A DNA stretch of 64,000 nt from Bacteroidota bacterium. Its GTDB lineage: Bacteria > Bacteroidota > Bacteroidia > Bacteroidales > CAIWKO01. The DNA is taken from NCBI GenBank assembly GCA_037133915.1, contig JBAXND010000007.1, positions 4,085 to 68,084 on the forward strand, written 5' to 3'. Positions 1-9,600 of the stretch are shown here, piece after piece (position 1 is the stretch's first letter; each line of letters begins with the position of its first letter). The notes beneath the pieces are model-generated. The model made no database searches, was not told the origin of the DNA, and saw nothing but the letters and a program-made list of their open reading frames with translations. Both the position numbers and the translations under genes were made by a program.

Positions 1-288
1 AACCTGAACATAATTTGAAGGATTCAAATCGGCACGCGCAGCAACGCCCTTGAAGGTATGTAAATGCAGCTTAGGCGAACAGGACGCAACAACAATCGCA
101 TCCAGGTGATGCTCTTTAATGTCATTAACCATCGCCTTTTGGTTGGAATCGGCACAGGCAAACATCACATCTTTTGATATCACAACGCCATCTTCGCCCT
201 GAAGCATTTTACCTATCTCTTCAACATCAACGTAATCAGAGATATTTCCACCGCAGTGGCATATATAAACACCTATTCGCTCTTTCAT
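1..288 (-). CDS. HdrA-family iron-sulfur flavoprotein, N-terminal part (gene runs off the left edge of the window)
   Basis: My own reverse translation from ATG (complement of 286-288) gives MKERIGVYICHCGGNISDYVDVEEIGKML...HLDAIVVASCSPKLHLHTFKGVAARADLNP. The IGVxICHCGxNI ... VVASCSPxxH block is typical of HdrA/QmoA-type proteins. It is absent from the ORF track because it is truncated. It lies 32 nt downstream of the 915-aa gene on the same strand. Confidence 0.65.
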   Translation of the reverse strand, partial: MKERIGVYICHCGGNISDYVDVEEIGKMLQGEDGVVISKDVMFACADSNQKAMVNDIKEHHLDAIVVASCSPKLHLHTFKGVAARADLNPSNYVQV

Positions 289-320
289 ACACGCTTTGTT
301 TACTTATTCTGTACAAAAAT

Positions 321-3068
321 TTATTCTGATAAAGCCGATAAATAGCCCGCCACTTCAGATGCAGCGCATCCTGCTGAAAGTATGGAGTCGGGAATATCTT
401 TAGGTCCGGAGGCAGCGCCTGCAACAAAAACTCCGTCAATACTGGTGATTGATGGGTTTGTGAGTTCCTGCATCTGTTTCACAAAATTATAATCATCCAG
501 TTCCAGCTTCTGATTGGTGAACATTCCCGGAATTCCTTTATTCGGAACTACGCCTACCGAAAGCACCACCAAATCGTGCTTTGCTTCTTTGACGGTTCCC
601 GTAGCAACATCTTCGTACCGCAAAATGAGATCGCCTTTGGAATCTTTCTCGCGAATCTTCGCCACTTTTCCTTTCACAAAATTTACACCCATTGACTTCG
701 ACTGCTGAAAAAACTCTTCATAGCCTTTTCCGAACGCTCTGATGTCAATGTAATAGATTGTGATGTCGGCCATGGGCAGCGCGCCCATAAGCAGCTGCGC
801 CTGCTTTATGGAATACATACAGCATATCTGCGAGCAGATGGGATTGTTGGCACAGTCGGAGCCACAGGGCATATTTTCAATACTCGAATCGCGCGAACCG
901 GTGCATAATACGTATGCAATATTATCGGGCACCTTGCCATCGCCCGGACGCAGCACATTATTATACGGCCTTGTGGGAGCAATCAATCTATCCATTTGCA
1001 TGGAGTCAATCACATTGGGATATTTATCATAACCCAATTCGGGTTTCCCGGATGGTGGAAATAATTTATAACCGGTAGTGATGATGACTGATTTTGCAAT
1101 GGTTTCAACAACTTCTTTCTTTTGACTGAAATCAATAGCATTTGCAGGGCAAGCGGAAACGCACTGATGACATTCGCGGCAGTTGCTGCAATCAAGACAG
1201 CGTGCAGAACTGCGTTTGGCTTCTTCTTCGGTATAAGTAAGTTCAACTTCCTTAAAATCATGCACACGCACATTTGCAGAGCGCAATTTACTTTTTAATG
1301 CAGGCAGCTTTGATACCGGCGCTTTCTTAAGAATTTCTTTTTTATCTACTGCCGGGAGTTTATCACCCGATTCAAACTCATCGGGATTGAAGCCATGGAG
1401 AAATTTATCCATGTAAAACGCAGCTCTTCTGCCCTGCCCTGCTGCTTCAATAATTGTTGAAGCGCCGCTGACACTGTCGCCACCTGCAAAGATGGAAGGC
1501 TCCTCAGTCTGCAACGTTTTATCATTTACGGCAATGGTACCGTTCTTTTTCAATTTCAGTTGCGATGCAAATCCGGATGTGGAAGGCTGCAGGCCGATAG
1601 CCCCAATAACAAGGTCCACCTCAACTTCATATTCCGAACCATCAACGGGAACGGGCCTGCGACGGCCGCTTTCGTCGGGAGTTCCAAGTGCCATTTTAAC
1701 AAGCACCGCTTTCTTCACCACCCCGTTATCACCAATGAATTTAACCGGATTGCGCAGCACCAGTAAGTTCACACCTTCTTCTTCGGCTTCTCTGATCTCA
1801 GGTTCAAAGCAAGGCATTTCCTGCCGGCTGCGGCGATACACAACATCAACTTTAGCAGCACCCAGCCTAAGGGCAGTGCGCGATGCGTCAATAGCCGTAT
1901 TTCCGCCACCAATCACCATCACCTTTTTACCCCGCAAATCAAGTTTTTCACCAATATTCGCCTCGCGCAGAAAATCGAGGCAACCTACGATGCCGTCCAG
2001 GTCATAACCGGGAGCATCGAGACGGCTTGTTTCATGTGTTCCAACGGAAATAAAAACGCTGTCGAAACCGTCATCGCGCAAAGCTGCAATATTCTCAATT
2101 TTTTTGTTCAGAACAATTTCTACACCTAGAGCAGTAATATTTTTAATATCCCGTTCCACAATGGTTTTCGGAAGACGATATTCAGGAAGTGTGAGCATAA
2201 GCATGCCACCTGCAACAGCTGCAGCTTCAAATATCTGAACCGAATGACCTTTTAACGCAAGATGATAAGCAGCAGTGAGACCGGCCGGTCCGGAGCCGAT
2301 TACAGCAATCCGTTTACCCGTTGATTCGGCTTTCTGCAGAACTGCAGGTTCAGGGTGTGATGCATAATACCCGTCAGAAAAAAATCGCTTGATGTTTCGA
2401 ATATCAACAGCATTATCGAGGTTTGAACGGGTACATTCATTCTGGCAGGGAGCATAACAGGCGCGGCCAAGACTTCCCGGTAACGGAATATCTTCAAGAT
2501 GCAGCTTCATGGCATCTTCATACTGACCGTTGCGCACCAGTGATATGTAACCATATGGTTTAACCCCACCGGGACATTCGTTGATGCAGGGCGCCGAAAC
2601 ATCTTTGCGGTCAATGGTTGCAATGCGTGGATTCGCCAGGCTGAATGGTATATATGCTACTTTACGACCGGCAAGGTCGGCATTGTATTCGTCGGAACGC
2701 ACCTCAGGGCAAGCGACTTCACATTCCTGACAACCGGTACATGCTTCGGGAATAATATACCGCGGATTATTGATGATGCCCGCTTCAAAATGACCATTCA
2801 CTTTTGAAATGCCTTCAATTCCGCTGTTCAGCATCAGTGTAATATTAGGATGGCGGGCCGTTTCCGACATTTTAGGTGTGGTGATACAGGCAGCGCAATC
2901 AAGCGTAGGAAACACTTTGCTAAGCTGTATCATTTTACCGCCAATGGATAATCCCTGCTCCACAAGCAACACCTGGTAATTCATGTCGGCGAGGCTCAGA
3001 GCAGCTTCCTGTCCGGCAATGCCACCACCTATCACGAGTGCATCGTACTTATTTACTTTTTTAGCCAT
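321..3068 (-). CDS. Large HdrA-like flavoprotein with an inserted GltD/NfnB-type NAD(P)H-binding module (HdrL-like)
   Basis: 915-aa ORF. The N-terminus has DALVIGGGIAGQEAAL (FAD fold) and CTGCQECEVACPE (4Fe-4S). The middle has CINECPGG...GRACYAPCQNECTR, then RIAVIGSGPAGLTAAYHL and KVMVIGGGNTAIDASR, which is the glutamate-synthase small-subunit type module. The C-terminal part has CLDCSNCRECHQCVSACP and YVLCTGSRD...CSQICCMYSIKQA, the HdrA core signature. Confidence 0.8.
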   Translation of the reverse strand: MAKKVNKYDALVIGGGIAGQEAALSLADMNYQVLLVEQGLSIGGKMIQLSKVFPTLDCAACITTPKMSETARHPNITLMLNSGIEGISKVNGHFEAGIINNPRYIIPEACTGCQECEVACPEVRSDEYNADLAGRKVAYIPFSLANPRIATIDRKDVSAPCINECPGGVKPYGYISLVRNGQYEDAMKLHLEDIPLPGSLGRACYAPCQNECTRSNLDNAVDIRNIKRFFSDGYYASHPEPAVLQKAESTGKRIAVIGSGPAGLTAAYHLALKGHSVQIFEAAAVAGGMLMLTLPEYRLPKTIVERDIKNITALGVEIVLNKKIENIAALRDDGFDSVFISVGTHETSRLDAPGYDLDGIVGCLDFLREANIGEKLDLRGKKVMVIGGGNTAIDASRTALRLGAAKVDVVYRRSRQEMPCFEPEIREAEEEGVNLLVLRNPVKFIGDNGVVKKAVLVKMALGTPDESGRRRPVPVDGSEYEVEVDLVIGAIGLQPSTSGFASQLKLKKNGTIAVNDKTLQTEEPSIFAGGDSVSGASTIIEAAGQGRRAAFYMDKFLHGFNPDEFESGDKLPAVDKKEILKKAPVSKLPALKSKLRSANVRVHDFKEVELTYTEEEAKRSSARCLDCSNCRECHQCVSACPANAIDFSQKKEVVETIAKSVIITTGYKLFPPSGKPELGYDKYPNVIDSMQMDRLIAPTRPYNNVLRPGDGKVPDNIAYVLCTGSRDSSIENMPCGSDCANNPICSQICCMYSIKQAQLLMGALPMADITIYYIDIRAFGKGYEEFFQQSKSMGVNFVKGKVAKIREKDSKGDLILRYEDVATGTVKEAKHDLVVLSVGVVPNKGIPGMFTNQKLELDDYNFVKQMQELTNPSITSIDGVFVAGAASGPKDIPDSILSAGCAASEVAGYLSALSE

Positions 3069-3100
3069 GATTCTTATTGTGATTATATTCCGGCAAATTC

Positions 3101-3529
3101 TTATTGCGCAACATATTTTTCTGTGGATATGCTTCCAATTTCATTCAGAATGCGGCTGAAGTTATCCATGTGACTGGCAAAGGGCTCGGCACATACAGAG
3201 CAAATAGCAGCCATTCTAATGCGCTTCGGGTTGATTCCGCGCTCCTTCATTATTTTTTGGGAGTCGGTAATGATGGTATTCGTATGTTCGGCACATTTAG
3301 GGCTGTAAGAGCATTCATGACCGTCAGCAGCAATAAATACGCCGTCGAATCCACGTTCCAGCGCATGCAATATCCATTTTGGCTTGATGCCTGATGAGCA
3401 TGGAAGGCTTATCACGTATACTGCAGGTGAATAGTGAATCTTTCTCAGTCCGGCCTGGTCAATGCCCGGGTCAGATATCTTGTCTGTTGAAAAGACCAGT
3501 ATTTTAGGCCTGTGGTTGGGTTCGCTCAT
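3101..3529 (-). CDS. MvhD/FlpD-like (methyl-viologen-reducing hydrogenase delta subunit family) iron-sulfur protein
   Basis: KILVFSTD...ISLPCSSGIKPKWILHALERGFDGVFIAADGHECSY matches the MvhD/FlpD pattern. I moved the start to the ATG at the complement of 3527-3529 (MSEPNH). The 22 upstream codons in the ORF track look like read-through of AT-rich spacer. Confidence 0.75.
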   Translation of the reverse strand: MSEPNHRPKILVFSTDKISDPGIDQAGLRKIHYSPAVYVISLPCSSGIKPKWILHALERGFDGVFIAADGHECSYSPKCAEHTNTIITDSQKIMKERGINPKRIRMAAICSVCAEPFASHMDNFSRILNEIGSISTEKYVAQ

Positions 3530-3672
3530 AATGTTTATTATGACTTTAAATGATACAGAAAAAGGTAATAAGTAATAGGTGATGATTAATTTCAATGCAG
3601 TTATCCCGCATTGAAAAAAATACTCATGCCGATTCTATGCCCAGCGAAATAGCTAAGATTTCGAGAGCTGAT

Positions 3673-3924
3673 TTATGCTTTTTTCAGAAATAATCTAGAA
3701 TAGCTGTCTTCTTCAACAATACCTAAAAATTCGTGCTCCATTTTCTCGCACCATCTGGGAATGTCGTGTTTTGTACCTTCATCGGATGAAAGTATTTCCA
3801 TTACGTCTCCGGATTCAATATCACCAATAGCTTTTTTTGCTGCGAGCAGCGGACCCGGACATGCAGTACCACGGGCATCCACAATTTGTTTGGCTTCGAC
3901 TGATTTCAATTCCTCTGTTGTCAT
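3673..3924 (-). CDS. TusA/SirA-family sulfur carrier protein
   Basis: 83 aa. DARGTACPGPLLAAKKAI contains the CPxP active-site cysteine motif of TusA. Size and position next to a DsrE-like gene fit this call. Confidence 0.8.
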   Translation of the reverse strand: MTTEELKSVEAKQIVDARGTACPGPLLAAKKAIGDIESGDVMEILSSDEGTKHDIPRWCEKMEHEFLGIVEEDSYSRLFLKKA

Positions 3925-3944
3925 AATAATTTCTCCTTTATTGA

Positions 3945-4490
3945 TTATATAAATAATTGAACTTTACTTTCACTTGCATCGGCTAAAAAGGTGGCCACAC
4001 CGCAAATTGTCATATGCGGATAATCCATCATTTCTTCTTTTTTAAATCCCATCAAGTCCATAGACATTTCACAAATATTGATTTGAACGCCCAGTTCGCC
4101 GGCGGTTTTGAACATCTGCTCAAGCGATGCTACATTTTTTTTCTTCATCAAACCTTTCATCATGGAAGTGCCCATTCCCATCATATTCATTTTCGAGAGT
4201 TTTAGTTTTTTGTTGCCTTTAGGCAGCATCATTCCAAACATTTTCGACATAAAATTTTTACCGGCAACTTTTTTACCCGGATCGCGCAAGGCAGCCGTTG
4301 CCCAAAAAGTAAAAAACAATTTGACCTTCATATCATAGGCAGCAGCACCGGTAGCAATAATCATTGCCGCCAGGATTTTATCGAGGTCGCCCGAGAATAC
4401 TACCATAGAAAGTTGATCTTTGGTGCCTTTTTCAAGTTTCCCGACTTTCTTTACCAATTCCTGTATTTTGAGATCCATTTCGTTGTCCAT
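3945..4490 (-). CDS. DsrE/DsrF-like family protein
   Basis: 181 aa. MVVFSGDLDKILAAMIIATGAAAYDMKVKLFFTFWA ... VQINICEMSMDLMG resembles the DsrE/DsrF/DrsH-like family that often sits beside TusA. It is the first gene of the minus-strand cluster. Confidence 0.7.
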   Translation of the reverse strand: MDNEMDLKIQELVKKVGKLEKGTKDQLSMVVFSGDLDKILAAMIIATGAAAYDMKVKLFFTFWATAALRDPGKKVAGKNFMSKMFGMMLPKGNKKLKLSKMNMMGMGTSMMKGLMKKKNVASLEQMFKTAGELGVQINICEMSMDLMGFKKEEMMDYPHMTICGVATFLADASESKVQLFI

Positions 4491-4514
4491 TGTTTTTTGA
4501 TTTTAGATTCAACA

Positions 4515-4522
4515 CAAAAGTA
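4515..4522 (-). promoter_or_regulatory. Candidate Bacteroidota -7 promoter box (TActTTTG on minus strand) for the dsrE-like/tusA/hdr cluster
   Basis: The plus strand reads CAAAAGTA, whose reverse complement TACTTTTG matches TAnnTTTG. It lies 25 nt upstream of the ATG at 4490. Confidence 0.4.
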
Positions 4523-4576
4523 TTACCGCTTGTTATTCATAAAACAAAGACCACCGTGCGATAAAGCATACCCTGC

Positions 4577-4592
4577 TGTGATATTCATCACA
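4577..4592. promoter_or_regulatory. Perfect TGTGA-N6-TCACA palindrome, candidate Crp/Fnr-family operator
   Basis: The sequence tgtgatattcatcaca is read directly, and the arms extend to TGTGAT/ATCACA. It sits in the divergent intergenic region between the sulfur/Hdr cluster and the Crp/Fnr-family gene. Confidence 0.45.
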
Positions 4593-4609
4593 CCTCACAA
4601 ATATTTTAG

Positions 4610-4617
4610 TACCTTTG
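4610..4617 (+). promoter_or_regulatory. Candidate -7 promoter box TAccTTTG for the Crp/Fnr-family gene
   Basis: Matches TAnnTTTG and lies 19 nt upstream of the ATG at 4636. Confidence 0.35.
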
Positions 4618-4635
4618 TACAAGACCGTTAACCAA

Positions 4636-5316
4636 ATGGAAAAACACAATTGCAAGGATTGTCAGATTAAATCGGCCGCTGCACGCAACCTCAGCAACGA
4701 AGAATTCGAAGTTCTTGAAAATAACAGTGTGCAGGTAAAATTCAAAAAAGGCGAAATTATTTTTAAGGAAGGAGCACTTTCGCTGAACGTCACTTATCTC
4801 AAGAAGGGGATTGCAAAACTTCATCGGTCGGGACCCGCGCATGATAAAATTCTAAGACTTATAAAAGCGCCCAGCTATCTGGGTATTCCGACCACATTCG
4901 GCGATAAAATCAATCAGTTCTCGGCAACAGCTATTGAAGATACAACGGTTTGTTTTATCGACAGCAACCTCTTTCGGAACTTCATCTTCAGTAACGGAAA
5001 ATTCGCTTTCGAGATTATTGCCGAACTATGCAGGAACGAATTGCTGGATTATCAACGATACACCAGCCAGTCACAAAAACAAATTCCCGGTTTGTTGGCA
5101 GAAACACTGATATGTTTTTCCGATAAATTATATGAAAGTGAGCAATTCAACTTTCCGCTTAACCGAGGTGAGATTGGAGATATGATAGGAACGTCAAGAG
5201 AAACCGTAAGTCGAGTGCTCACCGAATTTGCTAATGACGGAATTATAGAAATGACAGCCAAAGACATTAAAATCTGCAACCGAGAACGCCTGAACCAAAT
5301 CAGCGAAAAAGGCTAA
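4636..5316 (+). CDS. Crp/Fnr-family transcriptional regulator
   Basis: A cNMP-binding-like fold (KFKKGEIIFKEGALSLNVTYLKKGIAKL) is followed by a C-terminal HTH (RGEIGDMIGTSRETVSRVLTEFANDGII). The N-terminus is MEKHNCKDCQ with a CxxC pair. I prefer the ATG at 4636 over the TTG at 4615 used by the ORF track, because the -7 box overlaps 4615. Confidence 0.8.
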   Translation: MEKHNCKDCQIKSAAARNLSNEEFEVLENNSVQVKFKKGEIIFKEGALSLNVTYLKKGIAKLHRSGPAHDKILRLIKAPSYLGIPTTFGDKINQFSATAIEDTTVCFIDSNLFRNFIFSNGKFAFEIIAELCRNELLDYQRYTSQSQKQIPGLLAETLICFSDKLYESEQFNFPLNRGEIGDMIGTSRETVSRVLTEFANDGIIEMTAKDIKICNRERLNQISEKG

Positions 5317-5371
5317 AAATCTTTATCCGAAAAAATATATTGACCTTCCCTGACACCCTTACTCTCTATAA

Positions 5372-6547
5372 ATGGACAACAACAATCTTAGCATTTTCAT
5401 TGAAAAAATAAAAGAAGCAGCAACTTCACAGAAACTTGCAAAACTCACCATTGCAAAAAAAAGGAATAAGAACCTTGAGACAACAAGAGTTAGAATTACG
5501 CTGGTGCGGATAAGTGCAGGACTCAGGTTGTCTTTTGTATACCAATATCCGACCAGGGAAATAACTCGAAATTTAGGAATAGAAGAAGGGATTGAAGAAA
5601 TATTGAATCTTCTGACCAATGATTTTTACAATGCCGATCTTTTTACTGCAACGGAAACCGTGCAATTTGTCAGGAATCAAAAAGGAAATACCGGACTTAA
5701 AACAGTAAAAGCAGCAAATACAGCGCTTCCCGAGCTTGAACATGATCACAAAAAAAAGAGTTTCATTGAAACAACAAATAACATATACCTGCGCGAACTC
5801 GGAATTACAGGTTCCGACTGGACATTAAAAAAAGACATGACGGCTAAATTCAGGCAAATCAATAAATACATTGAAGTGCTTGATGCTGAATTTAAAAACC
5901 TGAACCTCCCTGAAAATGCTGTAATCATGGATATGGGATCCGGCAAGGGATATCTTACATTCGCACTCTATGATTATTTTATTAATTTTCTGAAAGTCAA
6001 GGTAAATATTACAGGCGTTGAATTCCGAAAAGAACTTGTTGCCTATTGTAATTCTATAGCAACAGCCTGCAATTACAAGGGTTTGCATTTTACCGAAGGG
6101 AGCATTGAATCAACGGAATTGAAAAAAGCAGATGTGCTTATTGCCTTGCATGCTTGCGATACTGCTACGGATGAAGCCATCTGGAAAGGTATAACTGCCG
6201 GGGCATCGCTGATAGTAGTTGCACCATGCTGCCAGAAACAAATCAGGAAACAATTCAGCGTAAATAATGAAATGGCACCACTGCTCAAACACGGCATACT
6301 TGAAGAACGGCAGGCAGAGCTTATTACCGACGGACTCCGCGCTTTGATTATGGAAGACTGCGGCTATAAAACAAAAGTTTTTGAATTCATTTCTACTGAA
6401 CATACGCCTAAAAATCTAATGATTACCGGAGTTAAAAAAGCCGGAAATCTACCTAAAAAAGATATTTCTGAAATGATTCGTAACATTAAAAAATCATACG
6501 GAATCGAATATCACCATCTCGAAAAATTACTTGGAAAAAATTATTGA
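5372..6547 (+). CDS. Class I SAM-dependent methyltransferase, substrate unknown
   Basis: VIMDMGSGKGYLTFALYDY is motif I (GxGxG-like). ADVLIALHACDTATDEA is typical of this methyltransferase family. The N-terminal ~170 aa are not recognised. Confidence 0.65.
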   Translation: MDNNNLSIFIEKIKEAATSQKLAKLTIAKKRNKNLETTRVRITLVRISAGLRLSFVYQYPTREITRNLGIEEGIEEILNLLTNDFYNADLFTATETVQFVRNQKGNTGLKTVKAANTALPELEHDHKKKSFIETTNNIYLRELGITGSDWTLKKDMTAKFRQINKYIEVLDAEFKNLNLPENAVIMDMGSGKGYLTFALYDYFINFLKVKVNITGVEFRKELVAYCNSIATACNYKGLHFTEGSIESTELKKADVLIALHACDTATDEAIWKGITAGASLIVVAPCCQKQIRKQFSVNNEMAPLLKHGILEERQAELITDGLRALIMEDCGYKTKVFEFISTEHTPKNLMITGVKKAGNLPKKDISEMIRNIKKSYGIEYHHLEKLLGKNY

Positions 6548-6607
6548 TTTCTTATTATTCGCACATAAAAAACCTTTGATTATCTTCGCAACAAATGCTG
6601 CGACATA

Positions 6608-9600
6608 ATGCAACGAGAGATCATTATTGAAGGTGCCCGCGAAAATAATTTAAAGAATGTAAACTTACGCATTCCTCATTACAGGCTCATTGTAGTTACC
6701 GGCGTTTCCGGAAGCGGTAAATCAAGCCTTGTTCACGATGTTATCAGCCGCGAAGGACAACGACTTTTTATCGATCATTTTACCGGTGGAAATTATCAGT
6801 CCGAAAAAAAGCTAAGCAAACCAAAAGCCGACAGCATACAAGGTCTATTCCCCGTAGTATCTGTAAATCAAAATTCTGTCGTTCGCAATCCGCGTTCAAC
6901 TGTAGGTACATTAACGGAAATTAACGATTATTTACGCTTGTTATTTGCACGGTTAGGAACATCAGCCACATTTAGTGCGAAAGCTGACCGCAGCCTGTTC
7001 TCATACAATTCGCCCAAAGGCTATTGCCCGGTTTGCAAAGGGCTCGGCGTTGAAGACCATATTGATCCCGAGCTCATTGTAGACGACGAAACCAAAAGCC
7101 TGCGCGAAGGCGCACTCGTGCTTTCCACCCCAAACGGCTATATCATTTATTCGCAGGTAACCCTGCCGGTGCTTGACCAAGTGTGTCGTGCCGAAGGATT
7201 CAATGTTGACATTCCCTGGCACGACCTTACGGACGAGCAAAAAAATATAGTGTGGTACGGTTCCGAAAAAATTAAAGTATTATTCGGTAAGCACCCGCTG
7301 GAATCGAGGTTACGGTGGACGGGCATTACAGCCAAGCCCCGAGCTGAAGAATTTTACAAAGGCATTCTTCCGGTGATGGAAGAAATTCTGCGAAGAGAAC
7401 GCAATCCGAATATTATGCGCTTTGTGCGCTCATTTACCTGCCCTTCATGCTATGGTAAAAGGCTGAATGAGCAGGCACTTTCTTTCAGGCTGTGGGGATT
7501 AAGCATAGCCGATTTCAGCGCCATGAGTTTGCAGCAAATACATCAATGGTTCTCTTCGTTTTCCATTCCGGTAACAGATAAACAAGTTGCCGACCCCGTA
7601 GTAGAAGCTATTATACGACGCAGCGAGGGACTTTGTGAACTCGGACTTGGATACCTCACGTTGAACCGCGAATCTACAGGTCTTTCAGGAGGTGAAGCAC
7701 AGAGAATACGATTGGGAAATCAGGTGGCAACGGGATTGCGCAATGTACTGTATTTGCTTGACGAGCCGAGTGCCGGACTGCATCCTTCTGATCATCATAA
7801 ATTGCTTGGTGTGATTCGTAAGCTCGTGAATAATGGTAATACCGCTATTGTGGTGGAGCACGATGAACAAACCATGCATGCTGCCGATTGGATTATAGAC
7901 ATCGGACCGGGGCCGGGCGAAAAAGGGGGCGAGATATTATACAACGGACCTGCAAAAGATTTTCTGAATGTGCTTATACCGAAAAGCATCACATCACAGT
8001 TCCTCAAACATCCGCATAGATTTGAAGCTGATACGACAGCAAAAAATAAGACATTTTTTGAAATAGCCGATGCCGATAAAAACAACCTGAAGCACATCAA
8101 TGTCCATTTCGCTTTTAACACATTCAACGTATTGACAGGCGTTTCAGGTAGCGGAAAATCGAGTCTTGCAGGATTTCTGATTGAAACAATTATTCCGGCA
8201 AAATCAGGTGGTACCGGCGATTTTCGTAAGGTAATACACCTCGACCAGTCGCCCATCGGCCGCACGCCCAACAGCAATCCTGCAACTTATACGGGTCTGA
8301 GCGATTATGTCCGCGACCTGCTCGCGGCGCTTCCCGAATCCAAACAAAAAGGATTCAAAAAAGGGCAATTCTCATTTGTTGTAAAAGGAGGAAGATGTGA
8401 TGCATGCAATGGCGCCGGAACACAGCAGCTCGGCATGCACTTTTTGGGCAACATAGAAGTCCCCTGTGAAGAATGCAATGGGAAACGCTTTACTGAAGAG
8501 ACTCTTGATATCAAGTATAATGGAAAAAATATTTTTGAAATTCTTGAATTATCAATTGATGAAGCGCATGAATTTTTCAACGATCAAAAGAAAATAGTCG
8601 CCATTACATCTGTTCTTATTGAACTAGGACTTGGTTATATTAAACTTGGTCAACGCTCCACGACACTTTCGGGTGGTGAAGCACAACGCGTAAAACTTGC
8701 CTCGGAACTGGCACGTCCGGCAAACGGGAATGTTCTGTACGTTCTGGATGAACCAACCACCGGTCTTCATATGGCCGACACCGAAGTACTTATAAATGCG
8801 CTCACAAAACTCGTGAATAAAGGGAACACAGTTCTCGCAATCGAACACGACCCTAATTTCATACTCCGTGCCGGATGGGTTGCTGATCTGGGTCCCGGAG
8901 GAGGAGACGATGGCGGAAATCTGATAATTGAAGGCACTCCACAAGATGTTATTGAATGCGCATCTTCCCTGACGGGGAAATCGCTAAAAGCTTATATTGA
9001 AGGGAATTCTGACCAATATAATAATAACAAGAAAAATATTTTTAACACGAATGAAGCCATGAGTCTGCATGGCGTAAGTACAAACAATCTGAAAAATCTT
9101 GACATTTCAATACCGTTCAATTCCATAACGGCAGTTACAGGTGTTTCGGGAAGCGGAAAATCATCGCTTGTATTTGATACGTTTTATGCAGAAAGTCAGC
9201 GCAGGTTCATGGACGGACTTTCGTCATACGTCAGGCAGTTCATCGGGAAAACCGGGAACCCGGTACTTGATAGCTGCAACGGACTTACGCCCGCTATCAG
9301 CGTCCAGAAAAAAAATCCCTTGAAAAATCCCCGCTCAACAGTTGCCACTTACAGCGGTCTGTATGATTTGTACCGGCTGCTTTACAGCCGACTTGGCAAA
9401 GATTTGACAGGCAATAGAATGGAATTATCATCGGCCTTTTCTTTCAATAATGAACAAGGCGCATGCCCGGTTTGCAAAGGCTTGGGTCTACTCACTGTGT
9501 GTGATGAAAATAAATTGATTACCGATGCCACACTTCCGATTATTGCCGGTGCACTTGACGGCACAATCACAGGAAAGTTTTATGGTGACCCTTACGGACA

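Noticed and set aside
321-3068. Possible selenocysteine (in-frame TGA) in the HdrL-like gene, as reported for some HdrL/HdrA proteins.
   Set aside because: The 915-aa frame is uninterrupted from ATG to stop, and the conserved Cys positions are encoded as Cys. No recoding is needed.
4497-4512. ttgattttagattcaa, an FNR-like TTGA...TCAA inverted repeat just upstream of the dsrE-like start codon.
   Set aside because: The spacing is TTGA-N8-TCAA rather than the TTGAT-N4-ATCAA (TTGA-N6-TCAA) FNR geometry. The inner positions do not pair. It lies downstream of the candidate -7 box, within 7 nt of the ATG. The perfect TGTGA-N6-TCACA site at 4577-4592 is the better operator candidate.
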